A DNA stretch of 64,000 bases, taken from NCBI GenBank assembly GCA_963682135.1, contig OY821645.1, positions 2,496,001-2,560,000 on the forward strand, written 5' to 3'. The notes under the pieces are model-generated. The model saw only the letters and a program-made list of their open reading frames with translations, was not told the DNA's origin and searched no databases. Origin of the DNA: Methanothrix sp. Its GTDB lineage: Archaea; Halobacteriota; Methanosarcinia; Methanotrichales; Methanotrichaceae. The number at the start of each line of letters is the position of its first letter. Within the stretch, counting starts at the first letter, position 1. Of this stretch, positions 49,897 to 59,935 are shown in pieces. The position numbers and the translations under genes are program-made.

Positions 49897-50370
49897 TCAA
49901 TCGCCAGCAGGAGAGCTATCCTCCTGCCAGGCGATCTTGGCCTGGGGGATGCAGTCAATCCCAGTCGAATAGGGCTTGATATCGAGCAATAGGGATCCAT
50001 CCAGGGCATCCATACCCCTTACCGTCAGTCGATTGCCGTTGACCTGCAATAGGTCTACCACATCAAGTGCCAGGGGATTGGGACGGTTTGGAGAGCGGGT
50101 GGCAAAGACTCCATGCTCTCTGCCATCCTGCTTTGGAGTGGCCGTCAGTCGGCTCCTGTCCGCCTGATGCAGCCAGAAGATGACGAAGAGGTGTGTGCAT
50201 TGCTCGATGTCCTTGAGGGCAGGGGCAAATTCAGGAAAGACCTCTATCTCACATAACTCATGAGAAAGCCTTCCCTGACGGGGGATATCCTCTCGACGGG
50301 CATAAGGGGTGTGAATTACACCGATCGGCCTAACGAGATAGGAACTTATTTCTTCTGCTATTATCATCAT
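49897..50370 (-). CDS. tsaA: TsaA/TrmO-like SAM-binding protein
   Basis: 'PIGVIHTPY', 'GVFATRSPNRPNP', 'DALDGSLLLDIKPY'. Confidence 0.9.
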   Translation of the reverse strand: MMIIAEEISSYLVRPIGVIHTPYARREDIPRQGRLSHELCEIEVFPEFAPALKDIEQCTHLFVIFWLHQADRSRLTATPKQDGREHGVFATRSPNRPNPLALDVVDLLQVNGNRLTVRGMDALDGSLLLDIKPYSTGIDCIPQAKIAWQEDSSPAGD

Positions 50371-50541
50371 CTCCAATGTATTTAATGATAAATATCGGTG
50401 GCAAATCCAATAAGGTAATAATATTACTGAATAAAGGTCTATCATTTAAGACTCTTTCGCATGAGGTTGTTGGAAAAAATTAAATATAAAATTATAAAAA
50501 ACCAGACTGCGGCCCGAACACCACAGTCATCTCTTCAACCA

Positions 50542-52122
50542 TCAAACGAAGATCATCTTGTTCAAAGCTATGGGAACTCCGCTTCCCACACCGCCATAGG
50601 TGTAGTAGTAGTTGACCTTGTTATCGGATGCCCAGAAGGAGTCCGCATAGTAGAGTGGTAGAGCAGGCAGATCCTGGGATATCAGCTCCTGAGCCGATTT
50701 CACCAGATCCATTCTCTTGGCAGGGTCCATCTCCTCCAACTGGCTTTCCAACAGATCATTCAGCGTCTTGTCTTCATCGTAGCGGGCGCTGTTGAAGCTC
50801 TTTTGATCCAGAATAAGCTTGTTTAAGATTGCCGGATCGCCACCCAGACCGCCGTGACTGTTCATAGTAAGATCGAACTGCCAGGCAAGAACAAGGCTGT
50901 CGAGTGTCTTGGCATCGACGGTGCGCAGGTTGACTAGGATCCCGGCGGCATCAAGCTGCTTGGCAACAAGCTCACCTTGCCTTTCAGTGGTGGCGGTGGC
51001 CAAAAGTTCGATGGTCAGAGGTTCGCCGGCTTTTGAGTAATACTGGCTGCCATCTTTCTTCTCGTATCCCAGTTCTTCGAGAAGCTGACCGGCCTTTGCC
51101 GGATCGAAGGAATACTCCTTCTGATCAGCATTGTACCACTGGTTATCTGAGGCGTATAGACCGGGGCAACCTTCCAGGGCGTAGCCGCGAAGGCCCGTCT
51201 CCACCAACTCCTCGCGGTCGATGGCATAGTAGAGAGCCTGGCGGAACTTGATATCCGAGAATGGAGCCTTCATATGGTTGACCATGATCTTGACCACCGA
51301 GTCATGAGTGCTCTTCACCACCTCAAAGCCCTTATTCTCCAGACCATCCACGGTCTCGCCGGGAACAGTCGCCGCGTCCACATCGCCTTTCTCAAGAGCT
51401 GCAGCCGACATCTCCAGGCTGACCTTCACAAACTTGATCTGCTTTACCTTCGGGGCTTCCTGGTAATATTTCTCATTGGCCTCGTAAAGGTATGTTCCCT
51501 GCGTCTTGTCGTAATTGACCAGCTTGAAGGGTCCTGTGCCGATCAGCGCCGAGTCGTCATTAAAATTGGCCGGATCGCTCACATCCTTGTAGATATGCTC
51601 GGGCAGGATTGGCAAGGTGCCGGCCAACTGGTCAAGGAAAGGCGCATAGTCCTTCTTGAGGGTGATCTTGACGGTGCTGTCATCGATGTCCTCTGCCCCC
51701 TCGACAATGCTCGAGTCTACCCATTGGTAGGGATGGTCCTGGATGTACTGCACCGTAAAAGCGACATCTTGGGCAGTGAAAGGCTGGCCGTCGTTCCAGG
51801 TCACGCCCGAGCGCAGGTGGAAGAGATAGGCCTTCTCATCGGGCAAGAACTCCCACTTCTCAGCGAGAGCCGACACGAACCCGTTTTCGTCTTTCCAGAG
51901 CAAGGTATCAAAGATCAGACTCATGCGGATGTAGCCCGGGCCGCGCGAGTAGTGGCCGTAGGGCGAGGGAAAGCCCCAGTCGCCTGTGGCATCCGCAATG
52001 GTGAGCACGTCTACGGTTTCATCCGCCGCCTGTGCGCTGCAGAGGACAAGTAGCAGCAAGCAGGCAGCGGCAAAGCCGAGCAGGGGGAGGCGGCTCATGA
52101 GAGGGGCCTCCGGGTATGGCAA
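50542..52122 (-). CDS. ABC substrate-binding protein family 5 (NikA/DppA-like)
   Basis: Signal peptide, 'LAEKWE...LRSGVTWNDGQPFTAQDV', 'GTGPFK'. Confidence 0.93.
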   Translation of the reverse strand: MPYPEAPLMSRLPLLGFAAACLLLLVLCSAQAADETVDVLTIADATGDWGFPSPYGHYSRGPGYIRMSLIFDTLLWKDENGFVSALAEKWEFLPDEKAYLFHLRSGVTWNDGQPFTAQDVAFTVQYIQDHPYQWVDSSIVEGAEDIDDSTVKITLKKDYAPFLDQLAGTLPILPEHIYKDVSDPANFNDDSALIGTGPFKLVNYDKTQGTYLYEANEKYYQEAPKVKQIKFVKVSLEMSAAALEKGDVDAATVPGETVDGLENKGFEVVKSTHDSVVKIMVNHMKAPFSDIKFRQALYYAIDREELVETGLRGYALEGCPGLYASDNQWYNADQKEYSFDPAKAGQLLEELGYEKKDGSQYYSKAGEPLTIELLATATTERQGELVAKQLDAAGILVNLRTVDAKTLDSLVLAWQFDLTMNSHGGLGGDPAILNKLILDQKSFNSARYDEDKTLNDLLESQLEEMDPAKRMDLVKSAQELISQDLPALPLYYADSFWASDNKVNYYYTYGGVGSGVPIALNKMIFV

Positions 52123-52407
52123 ATGTCAATTTTTTTGTGCATATTAAATTCTCCTATTATTGGTAGATAGAAAGGCTTATTTTAAGAACTTTTCTAGTTA
52201 TAGTATGATTAAAGGATTAATTAGTTGATAGTAACTCGTGTTAATTAGCAATTGTCCAGAGAAAAAGAAGAATTTCAGGGCAAGGGACTCTAGAGGCAGC
52301 AAAGAGTCGTAAATCTCTGGAGTGACCAAAGTTGAACGCCCCGGGAATTGCTATGTCCAAGCTACTTGCCCTAGTACCTCAAGGAATGGCTGGCCCTTAC
52401 TTGCTCA

Positions 52408-53283
52408 CTACAGACTCGGGTCTTTCTCCCACCACATCTTGACCCGGATCGACGATCCGGGCATCACCAGCGCCCCATCCACCTCCCGCAAAGCTGTCTG
52501 CAAGTATTCCTGCAATATCGTCTTCTGCTCCGCCGTCTCCGCCTGAGCCTGGGGGGCGAGCGTTTGCATGGCCTCATCCAGATTCGAGTACCTCTGATTA
52601 TGCTCCAGCGGGAAGGTCATGACATTCGGATAGATGCCCATCTGGTAGAGGACATTGTAGAGCACATCGCTCTTGGGGCCTGGGCAGTAAGCCCGCCCGT
52701 GCAGCTTCTGCCACAGCTCCTGCCACTGCATGTCCCACGAGGTCGGCCCGGCAAAGTGATAGAGATATACATACCGAGAGGATGCCTGCTGCATCTTCTC
52801 TATGGCTGATCGGATGTCTTGCATGCCTAAAGAGAAAGAGGCGATCACGACATCGTAAGGTGCTGCCAGGTCGGCGGCCACATCCACGTCCTCCCAGCGC
52901 TTCTGCACAATGTCGATGTTGCTCGCCCCATACTCAGCCATCTTCTCTCGCATCACGCTGCGCATGCCCTCCGCCGGTTCCACGGCGGTGACGTGGGCCA
53001 CCTTTTGGGCGAAGGGAATGGCCAGAGTACCAGGCCCGGCTCCGATGTCCAGGATGCGGGAATCTGCGGTTATATCCGTTCCCCGGATGACCGCCTCCGT
53101 TCTATGATAATTCGTCTGACACATATTCCAGAAGCGCAGCGCGCTCTCTCGGCTCTCCCAGATACGAGCGCAATCCCGTCCGGGACTGGACGCACGGTTG
53201 CCCTTCGTTTGGCTCTTCCAGACCTCGTTCCAGTCGATGTCCAACAATGGATCTATCATGTTAACAGCCTCACAGCTTCTCAT
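52408..53283 (-). CDS. Class I SAM-dependent methyltransferase
   Basis: 'ILDIGAGPGTL', 'VTAVEP', 'YDVVIAS'. Confidence 0.92.
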   Translation of the reverse strand: MRSCEAVNMIDPLLDIDWNEVWKSQTKGNRASSPGRDCARIWESRESALRFWNMCQTNYHRTEAVIRGTDITADSRILDIGAGPGTLAIPFAQKVAHVTAVEPAEGMRSVMREKMAEYGASNIDIVQKRWEDVDVAADLAAPYDVVIASFSLGMQDIRSAIEKMQQASSRYVYLYHFAGPTSWDMQWQELWQKLHGRAYCPGPKSDVLYNVLYQMGIYPNVMTFPLEHNQRYSNLDEAMQTLAPQAQAETAEQKTILQEYLQTALREVDGALVMPGSSIRVKMWWEKDPSL

Positions 53284-53287
53284 TCTT

Positions 53288-53821
53288 TCAGCATTGGGGC
53301 GTTACCGGTCCGGCCGCATATTTGTCGCTCTTTCCTGTGAAGACGGGGCGGACAAATTGCATCCCATTCGCTTCTGAGAAGAACCGGTCGTCCGCCTCCA
53401 GGTGCACCACCTTACCGACGATGAGCACATATTTCTCCCTGGCAATCTCCTCCTCAAGGGTGCACTCCGTCCAGGCCAGGCAGCCCTCGATGCCGGGAGG
53501 TTTAACGGCAAAGCTGTTCCGGGGCACGAGGCCCGCCTTCTCCAGCTCATCCACCTCAGGAGGAAAGTTCTTGGCGCAGATCATGACCGCCTCCTCCATG
53601 CCAGCCGGGGGCACGTTGATCACGAACTCCCCGGTCTGGCGGATGTTTTCCAGGGTATCCCTCTCGGGCCAGGAGGCGATTAATATCTCGTCGAGTGGCC
53701 GGAGCACAGGCGTTACGCAAGACCATGGTGCTGCATTGTAGATATCGCTGCGGGAGATCGTAGATATGAGCACTACCGGAAGGGGCATGATCTGGCCCCT
53801 TTGGCTTGGCTTGAGGATCAT
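53288..53821 (-). CDS. Flavin reductase-like (flavoredoxin) protein, paralog with ~17-aa deletion
   Basis: 'PLPVVLIST...NAAPWS', 'DTLENIRQTGEFVIN'. Confidence 0.85.
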   Translation of the reverse strand: MILKPSQRGQIMPLPVVLISTISRSDIYNAAPWSCVTPVLRPLDEILIASWPERDTLENIRQTGEFVINVPPAGMEEAVMICAKNFPPEVDELEKAGLVPRNSFAVKPPGIEGCLAWTECTLEEEIAREKYVLIVGKVVHLEADDRFFSEANGMQFVRPVFTGKSDKYAAGPVTPQC

Positions 53822-53850
53822 TCTTCTACCACCATATTCCTTCAGAATCA

Positions 53851-54597
53851 CTATGCTAGAAGTCGGTCCACGATATCTTTCATCTCTTTGATCTCCGGCA
53901 CTTTTTCGCCTTTCAAGCAGGCTTTGAATACACCCGTATCAAAGGGAAGAGTGCCCACGATTCTCTCCTTATCTACCAGATCCCTCAGCTCCAAAGCGTC
54001 CTCATTCATCCGGTTGAGTACAAAGTAGACCGGCTTATTGATCTTGGCTCCCATCTCCATGATCTTCTGAGATAGCTGCACCGACTCGAAGCTAGGGTCT
54101 ATTACTACTACTATCTTGTCGCAGCCCGCCTCCACGCCTCTGCCAAAGTGCTCGATGCCGGCGTCCGTATCCACAATCACCTGCATGCCGTCGGCCTTCA
54201 GCTTCTGGATAAACTCCCGGGCCAGAGCGCCCATGGGACAGGCACAGCCTTCGCCAAAGTCATGAATCTTGCCTATGGCCACCAGCTTGATGCCATCCTC
54301 GCCTACAATCAGCTCCGCAGGAATATCCTCCAGTGAGAAATCCTCCAGAATGCTCAGCTTCTCTTTGCCTTCCGATCTCATGAATTTCCTCATCCTCTCC
54401 CCAAGTCCCTTCTTGCCGCCAACACTTTCCATGAAGTCCTTGGGCTGCTCAAGGCCAAGATGCTTGTAAAGCCCGAAGTTGGATTCATCAGTGTCTACCA
54501 CGAGCACCCTATCTCCCCTGGTCGTCATCTCCCGGGCCATCAAAGCCGAGACCGTGCTCTTTCCGCATCCACCCTTGCCACAGATTACTAATTTCAT
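53851..54597 (-). CDS. cooC: CooC/AcsF-type nickel-insertion ATPase
   Basis: 'GKGGCGKST', 'GEGCACP', 'DTDAGIEHFGRG'. Confidence 0.88.
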   Translation of the reverse strand: MKLVICGKGGCGKSTVSALMAREMTTRGDRVLVVDTDESNFGLYKHLGLEQPKDFMESVGGKKGLGERMRKFMRSEGKEKLSILEDFSLEDIPAELIVGEDGIKLVAIGKIHDFGEGCACPMGALAREFIQKLKADGMQVIVDTDAGIEHFGRGVEAGCDKIVVVIDPSFESVQLSQKIMEMGAKINKPVYFVLNRMNEDALELRDLVDKERIVGTLPFDTGVFKACLKGEKVPEIKEMKDIVDRLLA

Positions 54598-54776
54598 CTT
54601 TTTTAGCCTCCTAACAAGATAAAGATAAGCAGATATAATTTTGCATTATCATCTGGAGCGACATGTAGCATTTTATCTTAAAAGACTTTACGGTAGTAAT
54701 ATTAAGTAGGATATCTGCAAAATAAATAGAAAAATTAGAACTTCTAATGCAGCCGCTATGCATGATGTCTGATTAT

Positions 54777-55373
54777 TTACGGCCTTTGCGGTGCATGAGA
54801 GTTCAGGAACATCTCCCTGTAATCGGCATACCTGCCGGAAAAAGCCGGATATGTGAAGCTCATGCCGTCTTTGCCCAGCATTGCCGATAGTGGCTTTGCC
54901 CTTTGAAAGTCCATGCTTCCATCTGCATTGAAGAACCGGTCATCGGCCTCCAGATGCACCACCCGGCCTACGATGAGCACGAACTTTTCCCTGGCCAGCT
55001 CTTCTTCCAGGACGCACTCCGCCCAGGCCAGGCATCCTTCGATTCCTGGAGCACTGACCTTCGCAGATGGCCGGGATTTGAGCCCCGCTTCTAAGAACTC
55101 GTCCTCCTCTGGAGGATAATTCCGGGCGCAGATCATAATCGCATCTTCCATGCCTACAGGCGGAATATTCACCACGAACTCTCCCGTCTGACGGATGTTT
55201 TCCAGGGTGTCTCGCTTGATCCAGGAAGCGAGGACAACCTCCTCCAGAGGGCGTAGAACTGGCGTGAAATTTGACCACGGGGCTGCATTTCTCACTCCAT
55301 CTTTCGAGACGGTGGAGATGAGCACTACGGGAAGAGGGAGGATGTTCTCCCTCTGATTGGGTTTTAGTATCAT
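54777..55373 (-). CDS. Flavin reductase-like (flavoredoxin) protein
   Basis: 'PLPVVLISTVSKDGVRNAAPWS', 'DTLENIRQTGEFVVN'. Confidence 0.92.
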   Translation of the reverse strand: MILKPNQRENILPLPVVLISTVSKDGVRNAAPWSNFTPVLRPLEEVVLASWIKRDTLENIRQTGEFVVNIPPVGMEDAIMICARNYPPEEDEFLEAGLKSRPSAKVSAPGIEGCLAWAECVLEEELAREKFVLIVGRVVHLEADDRFFNADGSMDFQRAKPLSAMLGKDGMSFTYPAFSGRYADYREMFLNSHAPQRP

Positions 55374-55396
55374 GGCATCCTCTTTGCAGTATTACT

Positions 55397-56420
55397 TCAC
55401 TTTACAAAGGACAGCTTGTTTTGAGCGATGGGTATGCCATTGGCAATTCCCTGCTTGGTGTAGTACATATCTACCCTGTCGTCATGAGCCCAGTATGAAT
55501 CCGAATAGTAGAGAGGCAAGGCGGGCAGATCCTGGGCATAGACCGTCTGGACCTCATTTACCAGCTCTTTTCGCTTGTCTGGGTCCATCTCCGAGACCTC
55601 CTGGCTCAAAAGATCATCAAGTCTCTGGTCAGCTGTGTAGCGGGCACTGTTGAAAGTGTATCCTTCACCAATGATCCTGTTAAGGATCTCGGGATCGCCA
55701 CCCATTCCACCATGGCCGTTTAGAGCCAGGTCGAAGTTCCACTCACCAACCAGACTGTCCAGGGTCTTGGAGTCAACGCTTTTCAATGTTACCTTGAATC
55801 CGGCCTGCTCCAGATACTGTCTAATCAGCTCCCCTGCACGCTCGTTTGCAGATGTGACCAGCATCTCCATCTCCAGAGGCCGGCCATCTTTGGAGAAGTA
55901 TTGACCATCTTTGGTGTAGCCCAACTCACCGAGAAGCTCACCAGTCTTTGCCGGGTCGTAAGCATACTCCTCCACATGGGGATTATACCATTCGCTGTCC
56001 GGGGCAAAGAGGCCGGGGCTAGCGATGATGCCGTAGCTGCGCAAGGCTGTATCGACAAGAGCCTGCCTATCAATGGCATAATAAAGGGCCTGCCTTAACC
56101 TGACATCGGTGAAGGGCTTCTTCTTATGGTTGACCATGATTTTGGTGATGCCGTCGTGGGACCCCAACAGAATCGCAAATCCTTTGCCCTTCAGGCTATC
56201 GGCCATCTCCGGCGGCACGCCGGCCGCGTCAACATCGCCATTCTCCAGAGCAGTGGCTGACATCTCACTGCTGACCTTCACGAACTTGAGCTGTTTGACT
56301 TTGGGAGCACCCAAGTAGTAGTGATGTGCTGCATAATAACAGGAACATCAAGCCTGCAACTGCAAATCGAGAAAGAAGGATTTGCCTCCGTCCCATGTTT
56401 GCGCCATTTTTTCCTGGCAT
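55397..56420 (-). pseudogene. Second family-5 SBP with an internal frameshifting deletion
   Basis: GGAG + ATG 56420 encodes a signal peptide that joins out of frame to 'YYLGAPKVKQLK', homologous to the middle of the 50542..52122 SBP. Confidence 0.85.
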
Positions 56421-56468
56421 CTAAATTTCTCCTGAATTAATATTTTGCAATTTTGCGGCAGAGAAAAA

Positions 56469-56499
56469 ATAGGCAGACGCCTCAAGGCAGTCCGCCTAT
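56469..56499 (-). terminator. Hairpin plus T-tract downstream of the FmdE-like gene
   Basis: ataggcagacgcctcaaggcagtccgcctat, followed on the minus strand by ttttt. Confidence 0.55.
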
Positions 56500-56522
56500 G
56501 GTGGCCGATTTTATCTCATGGC

Positions 56523-57623
56523 TTACATCACGCCGGCAACCTTGAGAGGATGCATGCCTGCATTCTGCATCTGGGCCAGCATCACGGCATCTACCTTGAA
56601 CTCTTTGAGCACAGTTATGAAGGCCTCAGGGTTATCCGCATAGTCCATGAGCACAACATCCTGGTACAGCTTGGACCCCCAGGCCGGCCCTTTCCAGGTG
56701 GGCAGAGCCACTGCACTGAAGTTATAGGCAAGAGCCAGAGCATCGCCCGACTTTGCGGTATCATTCCAGCGGATGTAAATTCCGGCAATATTGGGCACTG
56801 CCTTCTTTTCTGCATCCGTCAGGGCCATGACAAACATGCCGCTCTTTCCAGGAGTAGCATCCCAGCGCATCTGGAAGAGATCTTCCTTACACCAGTTGGG
56901 GCAGGAGATGACCTTGTAGCTCTCTGTGGTGATGTTGTTGATGGGCAGCTTCTCCTCTACGAACGTGGCCAGGAACTGGCCGCTGGTAACGCCCGGACAG
57001 AGATGATCATGGAAGCAGGTGGCCTGTATGAAGTCAAAAGATCCTCCCCGCGCCCAGACATTGGAGATGCCTGCCAACGAGAATTCATTGCCGGCGAAGG
57101 CCTTGCCGTTAAATGTGGCGTTGCCCTCATCGGTATGGTTCCTCAGATAATCGATATCCACATTGCCCTTGGAGATCTTGCTGAATACCTGATCATCCGG
57201 GAGAGCCTTGAACTCCTCCAGGCTGCTGTTTAAAGCCTTGCTGTTCGCCTGCATGAATACTGCCTCTCCATCTGCCTTATCAAAGAAGTAGAACCAGACA
57301 GGCTTCCAGTAGGGGCGCAGAACCTGGAAGAGGTTTGCGTCGCCTATGCTATTTCCGCTCTCAGCCATCAGTCCTTTGATTGCGCCCTGAGTCGTCTGGC
57401 CGTTGACGATAGCATGTCCGGCGCTGGTCAGTATGAGAACATTTGCATCTGCTTTCTCGACCTTCAGATCTTGCATGGCAGTCTTGGCTGCCTTGGAGCC
57501 CAGCTCCTCCATAACCGCATTGTCCGCCAGGGCCAATCCTGGAAGCAATGCCAGGAGAAGGACCATGGTGATTAACTCGCATTTAGTATTCGTTTGAATT
57601 CCTCCGTTAATTCCAAGCATCAT
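56523..57623 (-). CDS. Secreted FmdE-family protein
   Basis: Signal peptide; 'FHDHLCPGVTSG', 'WCKED'; true start probably 57593 (ACG) or 57566. Confidence 0.85.
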   Translation of the reverse strand: MMLGINGGIQTNTKCELITMVLLLALLPGLALADNAVMEELGSKAAKTAMQDLKVEKADANVLILTSAGHAIVNGQTTQGAIKGLMAESGNSIGDANLFQVLRPYWKPVWFYFFDKADGEAVFMQANSKALNSSLEEFKALPDDQVFSKISKGNVDIDYLRNHTDEGNATFNGKAFAGNEFSLAGISNVWARGGSFDFIQATCFHDHLCPGVTSGQFLATFVEEKLPINNITTESYKVISCPNWCKEDLFQMRWDATPGKSGMFVMALTDAEKKAVPNIAGIYIRWNDTAKSGDALALAYNFSAVALPTWKGPAWGSKLYQDVVLMDYADNPEAFITVLKEFKVDAVMLAQMQNAGMHPLKVAGVM

Positions 57624-57913
57624 GTATATCTATATTTAAGATTTTCTCTTTAATTTGTATTACTGAAATTGTGTATATAATCATTATCGTCATATTAACT
57701 ATATCATTATCTTTTTTAATATAATTTGAATTTTTAGTTTATTAGTATGATTCCAACGTAACTGACTCAAATCAAACAGGTTAATATAAAAAATTAATAA
57801 CGAAAAGTCTTAAATATAGCAGATTATTTAACACAAATAAAGTAGGATATATTTGAGATATGCTACACAAACAGCATGTGGATCTATAATATAAAATAAT
57901 TGGAGAGGAATGA

Positions 57914-59053
57914 ATGCATAAATGCAATTGGATGAATAGGACGATGCTAGCATTATTGATATGCTCGGTATTATTTACCAGCATCACGGCGATGGCATCT
58001 TACCCCAAGACATTTACCGATACACAAGGCAGAGAAATCACATTGGATAAAGCTGTAGAGAGGATAGTCACCCGATCTCCGGATGAAGCCAGGATTGTGG
58101 TTGCCCTGGGCTACGGCGATAAGCTGGTGGCAGGAGAGCAGGCCACCAAGTCCTGCCTCTGTCCCATGACCTTCGACAACACAACTGAAGGGTGCAAAGG
58201 ATGTTACGAGACCATCATCGATGGTCGCATGCCCGACCTACCCGAGATCAGCACCAGATACGACATATATTTTGAGCAGATAGCCGCACTCAAGCCGGAT
58301 ATAATCTTTTGCGGAAATTTGAAAGATGCCGAAGCTTTTGAGGATAAGATCGGCTGCCCAGTGGTGGTGCTGGGCGGACAGGGCTGGAATTTTGGTGATG
58401 ACGGATACTTCAACAGCATCCGCGTAGCCGGGAAGGCTCTGGATGTGGAAAGCAAGTCCGATGAGTTGATTGCCTTTGTCAAGGGCAAAGTGGACATGGT
58501 AAAATCAGTAACGGATAGCAAAAAACCGGAAGATAAGCCCACGGTCTACTTCGCCTCCCGAGGCGCAAGCAACGCCTTTTATGATCCCAAAGAGGGCAGG
58601 GACTTCACTCGCACTGAGCCCAAATATGATCCCCTGACTATGGCTGGCGGCATCAACGCAGCCTCCGAGATCAACGGTTCGACGGTCAATGTAGCTTTGG
58701 AGCAGATCATCGCCTGGAATCCAGATTTCATTTTCATTTCCAATAGCGATGCAGGAAACAACACCGGCCTGGATTTCATTAAAAACAGCTCCGAACTGGC
58801 CTCTATTAACGCCATAAAAAACGACAATGTCTACAATTGCTTTTATCCCCACTGCCGGGGCACTCCTCCCGACAGAAACCTATTGAACATGTTATACATG
58901 GCCAAGATGCTTTATCCGGATGATTTCAAAGATCTCGATCTGGAAAAAGAGGGCAATGAAATATTCAAGGCCTTCTTGGGCGTGGACGGCGTCTTTACCG
59001 AATATGCAGACTATTTGGTCTGGCCCAGAGAGTACCTGGACAGCCTGAAGTAG
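57914..59053 (+). CDS. Class III (Fe-siderophore/cobalamin-type) ABC substrate-binding protein
   Basis: 'FTDTQGREITL...ERIV', 'EQIAALKPDII', 'EQIIAWNPDFI', 'INAIKNDNVY'. Confidence 0.92.
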   Translation: MHKCNWMNRTMLALLICSVLFTSITAMASYPKTFTDTQGREITLDKAVERIVTRSPDEARIVVALGYGDKLVAGEQATKSCLCPMTFDNTTEGCKGCYETIIDGRMPDLPEISTRYDIYFEQIAALKPDIIFCGNLKDAEAFEDKIGCPVVVLGGQGWNFGDDGYFNSIRVAGKALDVESKSDELIAFVKGKVDMVKSVTDSKKPEDKPTVYFASRGASNAFYDPKEGRDFTRTEPKYDPLTMAGGINAASEINGSTVNVALEQIIAWNPDFIFISNSDAGNNTGLDFIKNSSELASINAIKNDNVYNCFYPHCRGTPPDRNLLNMLYMAKMLYPDDFKDLDLEKEGNEIFKAFLGVDGVFTEYADYLVWPREYLDSLK

Positions 59054-59064
59054 GAGACGAGACC

Positions 59065-59922
59065 ATGCCGGGAATTATTAATTGGGACGAACTGTGGAAG
59101 GCCACCCATGCGGGTGGCTTTCAGCACCACGGCAAAGACCTGGCTGCCCACTGGGACAGCCGGGCCAGGCTGTTCAATAAACGAGTCATGAAGAACAAGG
59201 CGAGGTCGAACAGCCAGGCGGCGCTCCTCGGTCTTACCTCCTGCGAGACGGTGCTGGATGTGGGAGCCGGCACAGGCAGACTGGCTTTGCCCATGGCCCG
59301 CCTGGCCAAAAGCGTGACTGCTCTTGATCAATCGGCAGGAATGCTCACCTGTCTGCAGGAGAATATGGCAGAAGAGGGCCTAGAGAACATCCGCTGCATC
59401 CAGAAGAGCTGGCAGGACATAATTCCCGGAGAGCTGCAGCCGCACGATGTGGTGCTCTCGTCCAACTCCCTGGGCGTCTACGATCTAAAAGAGGCCCTGA
59501 GCAAGATGGATGCCCTGGCCAAAAGAGCGGTCTACATATTCACCTTTTCCGACGGCAAGAGAGATGACGGCTTTAGACAGTTCCTGAGAGAAGGCAAAGA
59601 AGGCGGAGATGGAGGACATGGCCGGCACAAAAGGCATGAGGCGGGTCCGGCTGGCTATCTTGTTATCTACAATCTGCTCGCGGATATGGGTATTCTCGCC
59701 GACATCAAGTTCATGAATTGGCAGTCTGATGAGCATTACGCCAGCCTTGATGAAGCCGTGGCCGAGTGGAAGCAGATGCATGAGGTGCCCGACGAAAAGG
59801 AGCCACAGCTGCGGGAGTTTCTCTCGCTCAGGCTGGTCAAAGATGAAACGGGACTGTGCATGCATCGCAGCCATAAGCAGGTCTTGATCTCCTGGCAGAA
59901 AGACAGGCCCCTACCGGCCTGA
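59065..59922 (+). CDS. Class I SAM-dependent methyltransferase
   Basis: 'VLDVGAGTGRL', 'TALDQS', 'HDVVLSS'. Confidence 0.92.
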   Translation: MPGIINWDELWKATHAGGFQHHGKDLAAHWDSRARLFNKRVMKNKARSNSQAALLGLTSCETVLDVGAGTGRLALPMARLAKSVTALDQSAGMLTCLQENMAEEGLENIRCIQKSWQDIIPGELQPHDVVLSSNSLGVYDLKEALSKMDALAKRAVYIFTFSDGKRDDGFRQFLREGKEGGDGGHGRHKRHEAGPAGYLVIYNLLADMGILADIKFMNWQSDEHYASLDEAVAEWKQMHEVPDEKEPQLREFLSLRLVKDETGLCMHRSHKQVLISWQKDRPLPA

Positions 59923-59935
59923 GGAGGATGCAAAA

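Noticed and set aside
51274-52053. 259-aa plus-strand ORF
   Set aside because: Antisense shadow of the SBP
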